From contig JALHMH010000004.1 in the NCBI GenBank assembly GCA_022844165.1, positions 151,509 through 215,508 of the forward strand: a stretch of 64,000 bases of DNA, in the 5' to 3' direction. Positions 38,497 to 48,094 of this stretch are shown one piece after another. The notes under the pieces are model-generated. The model saw only the letters and a list, made by a program, of their open reading frames with translations. It was not told the origin of the DNA and ran no database searches. The position numbers were made by a program, and so were the translations under genes. Position 1 is the first letter of the stretch. The number at the start of each line of letters is the position of its first letter. Origin of the DNA: Lysobacterales bacterium (lineage in GTDB: Bacteria; Pseudomonadota; Gammaproteobacteria; Xanthomonadales; SZUA-5).

Positions 38497-38551
38497 CTTC
38501 GCGCATGAAGCGCATAGCCAGTATCCACTCGAAGGGCAGAAATGGATTCAC
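38495..38551 (-). pseudogene. 19-codon N-terminal stub of an ABC permease
   Basis: GTG overlaps the MFP stop (GTGA); reads MNPFLPFEWILAMRFMREG, then switches abruptly into BON-fragment sequence. Confidence 0.65.
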
Positions 38552-39993
38552 GGCGCTTCCGCGACCGGCCGCGCGCGCACCTTCGCGCCTTCCAAGACGA
38601 GGGCACTGGTTGGAATCAGCGCTTCTCCCACCGCCAGCCCACTCAGCACCTGCGTGTTCTCGTCGCCCAATAAGCCGATCTCCACAGCTTGCCGCACCGC
38701 GCGACGATCGCGCACCACCAGCACCCACGCGTTGCTCTTGTCGATATCGCGAATCGCACCGCTTGGAACCACGAGCGCATCGACAGCCCGCGCCGTATCG
38801 ATATCCACGGAGACCGTCATGTCCTGGCGCAGATAGGGCGGCGGCTCGGGTACGCGAAGCTTGATCAACACCGCACCGCGGCTGGCATCTACCGCTGGAT
38901 TGATGAACGCCACTTCGGCGGCGAAGCGCTCGTTTGCGTAAGCATCGGCTGAGGCCAGCGCCTTTTGTCCCAGCGCCAGCTTGCGCAGGTTCTTCTCATC
39001 GAGCTGCACTTCGATTTCAGTTTGCCCGGCGCCTGCCAAGTCCATCAGCACCTGCCCGATCAGCACCACATCGCCGGGCTCCACCGCGCGGCTGATCAGA
39101 ATGCCCGCGGCAGGCGCTACGATCAGCTGCTGCGCCAGTTTCAGCTGCGCGAAGCTCAGCGCCGCAGTTGCCTGCGCGACGGCGGCTTCAGCCAGCGCTG
39201 TCGCGCTGCCGTTGGGCTGGCGGGCCAATACCTGCAAGTTGGCCGAACCGCGTTGACTTTGTGCCACATCCAGGTCGCGTTGCGCGGCGTCGAGCGCCGC
39301 CTGCGCCACAAAGCCGCGCGCCTGCAACTCGCGATTGCGCGCCAGTTGCTTGCCTGCCTGGCGCACATTGGCATCGGTCTCGCGCAGACTTTGCTCCGCA
39401 GCGTGCAATTCGACCTCGCGCAATGCGCTGAGCCGAGCGTTCGCCTGCGCCAGTGCCGCCAGAGCCTGCGCGACATTCGCACGCTCGTCGCTGTCGTCCA
39501 ATGCCACCAGAACCTGCTCGCGCTGCACGCTGGCACCCTCTGCGACGGCGACTGAGCGCACCCGCCCGGCCGAGCGTGCGGCGATGGCAACACGCTGCGG
39601 CGTGATGATGCGCCCGCTTGCGACCACCGTCTGGCGCAAGTTGCCAACATGGACCGCATAAGTATCGACTGGCGTGCCGAAAACCACGTTGCGCAGCAGC
39701 CAGGCCAGCAGCAGCAATGCAAGCACGACGCCAATCGCCAGCACGCGCCAGAAACTGCGTTGGTTTTTCGCCGGCCCGCCTGGAGCAGGCTTGCTCTTCT
39801 CCGCGCCAGCGAGAGACCGGGCGCTGCCTTCGCCCTGCTCGACTTTAGCCGGATCCTGCCGATCGCCGCTGGCAGCGTCCAGCGCCACGGCTTTCGTATC
39901 CGTGCCCGTTGCGGCTGCCGCCGCAGCCTGAGTGTCGATGCTCGAAATACTCGCCGCGGGCGCCGGCGCAGCGGTTGGCGAAATCGTTTGCAA
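38548..39993 (-). CDS. MacA-like periplasmic adaptor (ABC exporter MFP); start uncertain (39993 or 39888)
   Basis: TM anchor; QTVVASGRI; long alpha-hairpin; IVAPAAGILISRAVEPGDVV; PPPYLRQDMTVSVDI. Confidence 0.85.
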   Translation of the reverse strand: MQTISPTAAPAPAASISSIDTQAAAAAATGTDTKAVALDAASGDRQDPAKVEQGEGSARSLAGAEKSKPAPGGPAKNQRSFWRVLAIGVVLALLLLAWLLRNVVFGTPVDTYAVHVGNLRQTVVASGRIITPQRVAIAARSAGRVRSVAVAEGASVQREQVLVALDDSDERANVAQALAALAQANARLSALREVELHAAEQSLRETDANVRQAGKQLARNRELQARGFVAQAALDAAQRDLDVAQSQRGSANLQVLARQPNGSATALAEAAVAQATAALSFAQLKLAQQLIVAPAAGILISRAVEPGDVVLIGQVLMDLAGAGQTEIEVQLDEKNLRKLALGQKALASADAYANERFAAEVAFINPAVDASRGAVLIKLRVPEPPPYLRQDMTVSVDIDTARAVDALVVPSGAIRDIDKSNAWVLVVRDRRAVRQAVEIGLLGDENTQVLSGLAVGEALIPTSALVLEGAKVRARPVAEAP

Positions 39994-40050
39994 GAGGCGT
40001 CTGCTGAAGGGTCTGCTCGAACGCCAGCGTGAACCATCGATCTGGAGCAT

Positions 40051-40070
40051 TCGGTACGTTACCGCACCGA
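40051..40070. promoter_or_regulatory. Best copy of the shared palindromic motif, upstream of the MFP gene
   Basis: TCGGTACG-TTAC-CGCACCGA (7 of 8 positions symmetric). Confidence 0.6.
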
Positions 40071-40251
40071 TTGGGTTAAGCGCGCCAACGTACGGTGAGG
40101 GCTCCAATACCGGCGCAAGATTTGCCAGGCTCACACTTTCGAATCTGCGCCACCAGTACACCGACAGAGGCCCCCCGCCGCTGCGCGCGTGGCGGTGTCA
40201 CGCAGTGCCGCAGGCACCACGTCGGTGTCTGCGGCGGATGGGTGGAGCGAT

Positions 40252-40470
40252 TCAACCAAAGTTTGTGCTGAAGATTGCGGACACGGCACTGGGCGCGGCG
40301 CGAAACTTGAATGCGCCAATGTCCGGCGTTTGCCCCGTGCGCAGACAGCAACGATGGTCATCGACTGGCGCTGCAGCCGTAGCTGCGTTCAACAAAGGGG
40401 AACCAGGCACCGGCATTGGATCGAAAGCGCCCATCGCGCCGTTCGATATCAGGTGGGCGGGTCCAGGCAC
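40252..40470 (-). pseudogene. Degraded C-terminal fragment of a choice-of-anchor-Q-like secreted protein
   Basis: PGSPLLNAA...DDHR..LR....DIGAFKF...AIFSTNFG* resembles the GSP.ID.G...DQRG..R...DIGA.E motif plus an IF..GF-type tail; no N-terminus. Confidence 0.55.
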
Positions 40471-40788
40471 AGACTGCCGTTGGGGCATGCCCCGCCAGAG
40501 CGCCCAGCAACACTGCCGCTGGGAAACGATCGGCGATGATTTGCTCAAAGTCTATGAGGAACTGCTCGCCGAACCCCTGCAACAACTTTCCACAGCCCAT
40601 GGCATTGGTGCAGCAGCGTTCGGTGGTTAGAGGCTGTAACGAACCAATCCTGCCGCGCGAAACGGGATCTGCGCCATGCAGTGAGCAATCGATGCGTAGG
40701 GTTGTTGGTCAACCTGCGCTCGGGCGTGAGGGAGTTCAGGGCTGTTTTGCGACTAGCGATAGGAACCTCTCTCTATGCGAGTCGCAAA

Positions 40789-43581
40789 ATGAACCGAATC
40801 ACCTTGCGCTGCCTGCTATGCGCCGTCGCTGCGCTGCACGGAACGAACCAACTGGCGGCCGCGCCGGGCGATCTGGATTGCGGCTTCGGCACCGGTGGCG
40901 TGCTCACCGCGGACTTAGGCGGTACCGAAGCGGCGTACGATGCGGAGTTGACGAGCAACGGCGCGGTGCTGATCTTGAACTCGGATCTGCGGGTCACGAG
41001 AATCACCAGCGGCGGCGCGATCGATACCAGCTTCGGCACCGGCGGAAGCGTAACCCCGTCGATTCCCAACGCGGTTGGCGCCTTCGATCTGGCAGTAGAC
41101 AGCCAGGGCCGCATCGTGATCGCCGGTCGCCGGACCGATGGCGATGATGAGATTTTTGTTGCGCGCCTGACGCCGGCCGGCGTTTTGGACGCCAGCTTTG
41201 GCGGTGGCGATGGCTGGATCGGTTTTGAATGGTCGGCAGACACCGCAACCACGGGCATCGAACGCGTTGGCGAAGTGTTGATCGCCAGCGGCGATCGTCC
41301 GGTCGTGGTCGGGTCTTACGATCCCAACGGCAATATTTTCAATCCCAGCAACGCCAATATCGCGGTCGCGCGTTTGACCGATGCAGGCGTGCTCGATCCT
41401 GGTTTTGGCAATGGCGGTATCGGCATCGCCAGCTCAGCGGGATTGGTCGACGACGACGCGCGCGGCGGTGCGATCGATGCCAATGGGCGCATTCTGACTA
41501 TCGGGGCGTTCACACCTTCAAGCGGTCCGCGCAACACCATCGTCACCCGCTGGAATACCAACGGCGCACTCGACGGCACCTTTGCCAGCGGAGGCATCGC
41601 GATCATCGACGGCTCGGCGGCCGGTACCGACGATTTCGGCATCTCGATGACCATCGATGGCGCCAATCGGCCGGTGCTGCTGTCGCAAGGAACGGACGAT
41701 CCGATACTGATGCGCCTGACCACCGCTGGATCGCTGGACCCGACCTTCGACACCGACGGCATCGTGCAACGCAGCTTCCTGGGCGGCCAGGATGTGGTCG
41801 AGCGTGTGCTGGTGCAGAGCGATGGTCGCATCCTGGTGACCGGGTGGCCGGTGGTCGGCTTCACGTTCCGCTTCGCCAGCATGCGTTTCCTGGACAACGG
41901 GCAACTGGACACCACCTGGGGCGGAACCGGCGTGGTGACGACGATTGTGGGCGGCAATATGCGCGCTTATTCCGCGCTGCTGACCGCCAATAACCGGCTG
42001 CTCATGGCCGGCGGTTTGAACAACGACACGCAGATTGTGCTGACGCGCTACCTGACGGATGGCACCACCTTGCTGACGCCGACAATGAGCTTCAGCGGTC
42101 AGTCGCCGAACCCGTCGTTGCGCACCGATCCCGCCACCTTCTCGCTGCTGGTGACGGCATCGGGCGTGACGCCGGCGGGTTCCGTTCAAATCAGCGATGG
42201 CGTCGATAGCTGCACGGCGGTGCTGTCGAGCGTTACCCCCGGCAGCGCCACCGGCAGCTGTGCGATTGCCTTTACCACCGCCGGCACGCGCAACGTGACC
42301 GCCAGCTACGATGGCGGCGGTGTGGTCTGTCGCGCCAGCGTGGCCACGCAGCAATTCGTCCGATTTCGGGTGACGCCCACCGCCGGCGCCGGCGGTTCGA
42401 TCAACCCGAGCACCGTGCAGGGCGTGGCGCCCGGCGGCACAACGTCGTTTACGCTGACTCCAAACGCATCGCATGTGATTCGCGATGTCATCGGCTGCGG
42501 TGGCGCTCGACAAGGATCGACCTACACCACCGGCCCGATTTCCGCAGACTGCACCGTCGCCGCTACGTTCAACGCCATCCCGCAGGCGCAGGCCGGTGTG
42601 CTGACGGTACTGGAGGACAGTGGCGCCAACTCAGGACAGCTCGCAGCGATCGACGATGGCGATCCCTTGACATTCAGCATCGTCACGCCGCCATCCCGCG
42701 GCGCTATCGGTCTCAATCCAACCACGGGCGCATACACCTATACACCGGGTCCGGATGCCAACGGCAACGACAGCTTCCAGTTCAGCGCCAGCGATGGCAC
42801 CAGCGCCTCGACGGCCACCGTCTCCGTCACCATCACTGCGGTCAACGATGCGCCAACGGTGACCGGCGCCAGCAACATCGTGTTACCCGTGGGCAGCAGC
42901 GGCGCACAAAGCGTCGCCGGCTTTGCCGGCTTCGACGCCGGCCCTGCGGACGAAGACGCCACTCAAACGATCGCCGATTTTCTGATCGGCCCCATCAGCG
43001 ATCCGTCCGGCGTGCTCGTTGCCGGTTCATTGGATGTCGCGAACGACGGCACGTTGAGCTACACGCTCACCGGCAACCCCGGTCAGGCGACGATATCGCT
43101 GCGCGTGCGCGACAGCGGCGGGACAAGCAATGGCGGTGTGGATGTGTCGGCCGCCGTCAACTTCACCATCGAGCGTGCTGGCGCCGCCGGCAGCGATGTC
43201 AGCGTGACGCTGGTGGATTCTCCTGATCCGGTCTCAATCGGTGCACAGTTGACATACGTGGCTACGCTGTCGAGCAACGGCCCCGGCGACGCCGACAATG
43301 CCCAGATCCGTTTTCCGATACCGACGCCGACGACACTGGTGTCAGCCAGCGCCAGCGCAGGCGGAAGTTGTTCTGGAAGCCCGGTGGTCTGCACGTGGCC
43401 CGGCAGCACGGCGCCAGGCGAGGCGCGCATCGCCACGATCATTGTGGCCGTGCCATTGAATGCCAGCGGTTCGATCAGCGCCACAGCGACCGTCAACGCC
43501 AGTAACGATGGCAACGCGTCCAACAACAGCGCCAGCGCCAGTACCGTCGTCTCGCGCCGGCGCATTGTGCCTGGCCCATAG
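40789..43581 (+). CDS. Large secreted surface protein: delta-60-like beta-propeller repeats, Ig-like, cadherin/VCBS-like and DUF11-like domains
   Basis: Signal peptide; repeated G.LD..FG.GG; DSCTAVL...GSCAI; LEDSG...YTYTPGPDANGNDSFQF...AVNDAP; DVSVTLVDSPDPV...NGPGDA...NNSASA. Confidence 0.88.
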   Translation: MNRITLRCLLCAVAALHGTNQLAAAPGDLDCGFGTGGVLTADLGGTEAAYDAELTSNGAVLILNSDLRVTRITSGGAIDTSFGTGGSVTPSIPNAVGAFDLAVDSQGRIVIAGRRTDGDDEIFVARLTPAGVLDASFGGGDGWIGFEWSADTATTGIERVGEVLIASGDRPVVVGSYDPNGNIFNPSNANIAVARLTDAGVLDPGFGNGGIGIASSAGLVDDDARGGAIDANGRILTIGAFTPSSGPRNTIVTRWNTNGALDGTFASGGIAIIDGSAAGTDDFGISMTIDGANRPVLLSQGTDDPILMRLTTAGSLDPTFDTDGIVQRSFLGGQDVVERVLVQSDGRILVTGWPVVGFTFRFASMRFLDNGQLDTTWGGTGVVTTIVGGNMRAYSALLTANNRLLMAGGLNNDTQIVLTRYLTDGTTLLTPTMSFSGQSPNPSLRTDPATFSLLVTASGVTPAGSVQISDGVDSCTAVLSSVTPGSATGSCAIAFTTAGTRNVTASYDGGGVVCRASVATQQFVRFRVTPTAGAGGSINPSTVQGVAPGGTTSFTLTPNASHVIRDVIGCGGARQGSTYTTGPISADCTVAATFNAIPQAQAGVLTVLEDSGANSGQLAAIDDGDPLTFSIVTPPSRGAIGLNPTTGAYTYTPGPDANGNDSFQFSASDGTSASTATVSVTITAVNDAPTVTGASNIVLPVGSSGAQSVAGFAGFDAGPADEDATQTIADFLIGPISDPSGVLVAGSLDVANDGTLSYTLTGNPGQATISLRVRDSGGTSNGGVDVSAAVNFTIERAGAAGSDVSVTLVDSPDPVSIGAQLTYVATLSSNGPGDADNAQIRFPIPTPTTLVSASASAGGSCSGSPVVCTWPGSTAPGEARIATIIVAVPLNASGSISATATVNASNDGNASNNSASASTVVSRRRIVPGP

Positions 43582-43591
43582 CGCGCTACGC

Positions 43592-43621
43592 TCCTGCGCC
43601 GGCGTTCCAGCCGGCGCAGGA
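43592..43621. terminator. Hairpin between convergent genes (terminator or REP-like)
   Basis: Perfect 12-bp stem TCCTGCGCCGGC-GTTCCA-GCCGGCGCAGGA. Confidence 0.55.
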
Positions 43622-43628
43622 CGAGTCA

Positions 43629-46412
43629 TCACTCGTTCGGGTTCGACCATCGCTGACGGTCAGGCGAGTTCGGCGCCAGTGCAGCATCGAGTAGTGGTAT
43701 CGCGCGCGCCCGCAACTTCGAGGCGACGTCGGGTTGGCTGTGCTGCAGCGACTCGGCGAGATTGAGTTCGGCAAGCGCTACTTTGGGGTGATCCGCTGGC
43801 AACGCTTCTCGTAACGCCATCAGTGCCGACTCATTGGCCTTGATGTGAGCCGCGTCATCGCCTACGGCCACCGCCAGCGCGGCGAGGGCCCGTTCGATAT
43901 TGGCCCGCGCGGCGGCCGGCAAGTCCGCACCATTGAAGCCATTGGTCAGCGTTGCGGCTGCGCGCCGTGCCGCTTCGATATCGCCGCGCGCCAGGTCGAG
44001 TTCGATCGCGAGGGCGTGAGACGACAGCCGATCCGGTGCGCTGCCGATCAGGTGCACATCGCGCGTTCGCCGAGCGGCAAGAATCAGAGGCGCGGCCTCC
44101 TCGGTCTTGCCCGCACGCAATAAAACTCGCCCCAGATTGTGCTGTGCGCGTGCCACATAGAGCGAATCCGGCGCCATCGAGCGCAAACGCGCCGCCAGCG
44201 ATTCCCGATAACCGCGCTCCGCAGCGGGCAAATCGCCACGATCCTCATCCAACGTCGCCAGATTGTTGATCGCCTGCGCGGCGGGCGCGGGGGCGATCGA
44301 CTGTCCGTGCATCGCTGCGGCGATCGCATATCGATAGGCTTCTGCGGCCGACGCGTAGCGCCCCAGATCCTGCCGCACCGAACCGATCAGACTCCACGCC
44401 ATCGCATACATCTGCGAGCGAACGCCCATGCGATGCTCGATGTCGCGCACCAAACGGCTGAGTTCTGCCTCTGCTTGTTCGAACTCATCGAGTCCGCTCA
44501 GCACGATCGCCGCGGCCAGTCGTGAGTTCAGGGTCGAGGGATGATCGGCGCCAAGCAGCTGGGTTTTGGCCTCGATCGCGCGGCGATACCACCCGAGCGC
44601 ACCCCGTTCGTCGCCCATCGAGTCGGCAACCCATCCGCGATTGTGCAGTACCGATGCCAGTCCCTCGCGGCCCGATTCTCCCAGGCTTTCGAAAAGCCGC
44701 TGCGCGCGTTCGTAATCGCGCAAGGCAGCCGCGCCGTTGTCCAGGCGCTGCATCGTCGTGCCGTGCGTCATCAGGGTGTGCGCCAGGGTCGCCGGATCCT
44801 GCGCCTCGCGAGCCTCCGCCAGCCGCAGTGCGCTCTGGATGTACGGCAAGGCGCTCTTGCCATCCAGCAGCGCGTTGTAAGCCTGAGCAATCGCCACTTC
44901 GGTGAGGATCAATTCGCGCGCCGCCACCGGGTCCTGCTGAAACGTGCTGCGCGCCGCATCGAGCAACTCAATCGCCTCCCGCGGGCGCTCGCTGTTGCGA
45001 TAGATCTCGCCCATCGTCCGCTGCAGCGCGGCCCGCGCGCCGGGGCTGCTGACCACCGCCGTCGACAATCGCTCGCGACCGCGATCGAGTAACTCACGCG
45101 CGCTGAGCGCCTCGTCGCCGCCGCGGGTGGGATCGAGTTCGCCGAACATATTGGCGACAAAATCCAGCACTTCCCTGGCGGTCGCCGCCTCTGTCTCGGC
45201 ACGCGTTGAGGCCGCCTGCGCGCGATCGCGCTCGATCGCCAGTTGCGTTGCGAATGCGATGCCGCCAGCCAGCAACAGCGCGCCCACGGCGAGCGCGGCG
45301 CGATGTTGGACCAGGAACTTCGACAGCACATACCAGCGCTCGCCCGAACGAGCGGAGACCGGTCGCGCGGCGAGCCAGGCTTCGATGTCCTGCAGCAGCA
45401 GGGCTGCGGACGCGTAGCGATGCTCGGGTTCGAGGCGCGTCGCGACACGCACGATCGCGTCGAGGTCGCCGCGCACCTGCGCCGCAAACTGCCGAGCGAT
45501 CGGATCGCTGCTGCGGCTGGCAGCCACCGAGGGCAGCGAGATCGGTGTTGCCGCCGCATGCACCGGATCGCTGCGGTCGCTCAGGTCGCCGCCCAGCAGC
45601 CCATACAGCAGCGCGCCCAGGCCGAACACATCGGTGGCGGTCGTGACCGCTTCGCCACGCAGCTGCTCGGGGCTTGCATAGGCCGGCGTAAACGTCTGTG
45701 TGTGCGTGGCGCTCGATGGTGCACCCTGCTCGACGAGTTTGGCGATGCCGAAATCGAGCAGTACCGGCGTGCCATCGCTGCGCACCATCACATTGCCGGG
45801 CTTGAGATCGCGATGCACGACCAAGCGCTGGTGCGCATAGGCAACGGCCCGACAGACGGCGGCAAACAGCTCGACTCTGGCCCGCAGACCCTGTGTGGCC
45901 TGCCACGCCGGGAGCAGTTGCCCATCCACATACTCCATGACCAGATAGGGCTCGCCATCGTCGGTGGTTCCGCCATCGAGCAGTCGCGCGATGTGGGGAT
46001 GATCGAGCGAGGCCAGAATGCCGCGCTCCTGGCGCAGTCGCGCACGCGCCGATTCGGACGAGAGTCCGCGAATCACCTTGATCGCCGCGCGCTGACAATA
46101 CTCGCCGTCATCGCGCTCGGCGCCAAACACCATGCCCATGCCGCCTTCGCCCAGCACCCGGTCAATGCGCCACGGTCCCAGGCGTTGTCCAGACTCGAAC
46201 CTTGTCAAAGCAAAAACGGCGGCAGTCTGTATTCGCTCACGCAGCGAGTCGACGCCAGCCGCCCGATCATGCGCCGCGAGCAGACTCTGAACTTCGCTGT
46301 ATTCGGGCTGCGACAGTTCGCCCAGAATGGCGTCGCGCTGCGGATCGTTCTGTGCCAACGCTGCGCAGCGATCGAAGGCCGTGCGAATCCGCGAAAAGTC
46401 CATGGCCGTCAA
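43629..46412 (-). CDS. Ser/Thr protein kinase with TM segment and TPR repeats
   Basis: LGEGGMGMVF, AAIK, HRDLKPGN, LDFGIAK, YASPEQ, TDVFGLG; TPR motifs LGADHPSTL and ARAQHNLG. Confidence 0.95.
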   Translation of the reverse strand: MTAMDFSRIRTAFDRCAALAQNDPQRDAILGELSQPEYSEVQSLLAAHDRAAGVDSLRERIQTAAVFALTRFESGQRLGPWRIDRVLGEGGMGMVFGAERDDGEYCQRAAIKVIRGLSSESARARLRQERGILASLDHPHIARLLDGGTTDDGEPYLVMEYVDGQLLPAWQATQGLRARVELFAAVCRAVAYAHQRLVVHRDLKPGNVMVRSDGTPVLLDFGIAKLVEQGAPSSATHTQTFTPAYASPEQLRGEAVTTATDVFGLGALLYGLLGGDLSDRSDPVHAAATPISLPSVAASRSSDPIARQFAAQVRGDLDAIVRVATRLEPEHRYASAALLLQDIEAWLAARPVSARSGERWYVLSKFLVQHRAALAVGALLLAGGIAFATQLAIERDRAQAASTRAETEAATAREVLDFVANMFGELDPTRGGDEALSARELLDRGRERLSTAVVSSPGARAALQRTMGEIYRNSERPREAIELLDAARSTFQQDPVAARELILTEVAIAQAYNALLDGKSALPYIQSALRLAEAREAQDPATLAHTLMTHGTTMQRLDNGAAALRDYERAQRLFESLGESGREGLASVLHNRGWVADSMGDERGALGWYRRAIEAKTQLLGADHPSTLNSRLAAAIVLSGLDEFEQAEAELSRLVRDIEHRMGVRSQMYAMAWSLIGSVRQDLGRYASAAEAYRYAIAAAMHGQSIAPAPAAQAINNLATLDEDRGDLPAAERGYRESLAARLRSMAPDSLYVARAQHNLGRVLLRAGKTEEAAPLILAARRTRDVHLIGSAPDRLSSHALAIELDLARGDIEAARRAAATLTNGFNGADLPAAARANIERALAALAVAVGDDAAHIKANESALMALREALPADHPKVALAELNLAESLQHSQPDVASKLRARAIPLLDAALAPNSPDRQRWSNPNE

Positions 46413-46966
46413 CGCGAAAACTCGCGCTGCAGCCAGGCACGCCCGAAAGCGAGATCGCGCTCGACGGTCGCATCCGAAATACCCAACGCGGTACTGATTT
46501 CGCGCGCGCTGAGCCCACCGAAATACGTCAGTTCCACCACGCGCGCCGTGCGCTGATCGCGCCCGGACAGTGCCAGCAGCGCATCATGCAAGTCCAGGAG
46601 ACCGCTATCCCCCACGGCAATCTCATCGGCGCCCCCCAGCGTGACCACAGCAGCGCCGCCACCACGCTTGCCCGCAGAACGTCGCCGCGCATCGTCCACC
46701 AGCACCGCGCGCATTTGCAGCGCAACCAACGCGAGAAAATGCCCACGCGAGGTCCAGTCGCTTTCGGAGCCGAGCAATCGAACCACCGCCTCATGCACCA
46801 GCCCGGTGACCTCCAGCGTGCGCGGACCACCAGCGTGCAGGCGCGCGGCGGCCATGCGCTTGAGCAGCCCATACACCTCACGATTCAACACCGCTTCGGC
46901 ATCTGCTTTTCCAGCACGCCAGGCAATCAGCGATTGTTCCAGGTCGAAGTTAGTGTCGTGTCTCAT
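46409..46966 (-). CDS. ECF sigma factor, kinase-associated type (ECF43/TIGR02999-like)
   Basis: TLEVTGLVHEA, MRAVLVDDARRRSAGKRGG, VELTYFGGL, TVERDLAFGRAWL; overlaps the kinase start. Confidence 0.92.
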   Translation of the reverse strand: MRHDTNFDLEQSLIAWRAGKADAEAVLNREVYGLLKRMAAARLHAGGPRTLEVTGLVHEAVVRLLGSESDWTSRGHFLALVALQMRAVLVDDARRRSAGKRGGGAAVVTLGGADEIAVGDSGLLDLHDALLALSGRDQRTARVVELTYFGGLSAREISTALGISDATVERDLAFGRAWLQREFSR

Positions 46967-47208
46967 GCGCAGATTGCATAGATTTCCGATGACTCCCGCG
47001 GAGGGAGACGTCATAGCTGCGTCAGGACGGCGACTTACAACGCCGCATTCAGGGCCGAAGCATCCCGGCTGTCCCGGCAAGTCTGCGAGTCTACGCGAGG
47101 CCGTCGCGTTGCGGCCGGGTGCCGTATCCGGGCATCAGTTCACGAAAGAGCACGCGCGTCCCCTGTGCCCGCGTTCACCCTCGTCACTGCAGAATCTGAA
47201 GGAATCGG

Positions 47209-48012
47209 TTATGACCGGGCCTGATGCGGAAAAAGCTTGCGCTCGAGCCATGCTAAGCCGTGGTCGATTCCCCAGGCGATCAGGCCGATCAGCGCCAGGA
47301 TGAGAAAGATGTGCTCGGTCAGCCCTCGGCGCTGGCTGATGTTGAGCATCGCGCCCAGGCCGTGGGGCGCGTTGATCAACTCGGCGAGCATGATGTACCC
47401 GAACGCCAGCCCGAACAGGCCCCGAAGCCCGCGATACATTTCTGGTAACGCACCGGGCAGCAGCACCTTCAGTACAATCTGCCGATCGCTGGCGCCCAGC
47501 GTACGCGCCGTGTCCACATAACGATCGGGCACGGCCAGAATCGATGCGGCGGCGGTGGCGAAAACAAACGGCACGGCGGCGATAAAAATGAACATGACTT
47601 TCTGCGTCTCGCCGATGCCGAACCAGAGAATCGTCAGCGGAATCAGCGCGGCGACCGGCACATTGCTCATCGGGATCACAATCGGCCGCAGAAAGGACTC
47701 AATGGCGCGGATCGAGCCTGCCAGCACACCCAGAGGAATGCCGATGAGCAGCGCCAGACTGAAACCGGCCAGCACCCGCAGCAAAGTGGCAAAGATGCTC
47801 TGACCGAGATTGCGTTCGAACAGCAGATTCGGGATGGCGTGAAGCACCTCACCCGGGCTTGGCAGGATCGCCGGCGAGATGAAGCGCTCTTCTGCTGCGC
47901 CCAACGTCATGATGAACCAGAAGAACAGCATCAACACCAGGCACGTGGCCGCAAGCAACTGACCAATGGCTGCTGCCGGTGGCTGGCGCAGTTCGAGTTT
48001 TGGCAGTTGCAT
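47209..48012 (-). CDS. NitT/TauT (SsuC-like) ABC permease, orphan
   Basis: LPSPGEV, TLLRVLAGF, LWFGIGE, EAA-like ARTLGAS...VLLPGALP, IMLAEL. Confidence 0.88.
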   Translation of the reverse strand: MQLPKLELRQPPAAAIGQLLAATCLVLMLFFWFIMTLGAAEERFISPAILPSPGEVLHAIPNLLFERNLGQSIFATLLRVLAGFSLALLIGIPLGVLAGSIRAIESFLRPIVIPMSNVPVAALIPLTILWFGIGETQKVMFIFIAAVPFVFATAAASILAVPDRYVDTARTLGASDRQIVLKVLLPGALPEMYRGLRGLFGLAFGYIMLAELINAPHGLGAMLNISQRRGLTEHIFLILALIGLIAWGIDHGLAWLERKLFPHQARS

Positions 48013-48094
48013 CGGCGCGCTCCCCGCTTTGATGCTGGGCAAATTAGTTTGTCGCAATCAAAAGGTCAAATCGTGTCGACGAATCGTCCGTTGA

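Noticed and set aside
39994-40161. N-terminal extension of the MFP ORF (MYWWRR...)
   Set aside because: Not MFP-like and contains the regulatory palindrome at 40051-40070; more likely promoter DNA.
34335-43575. 13-nt match CATTGTGCCTGGC at 34335 and 43563
   Set aside because: Matches of this length are expected by chance in 64 kb.
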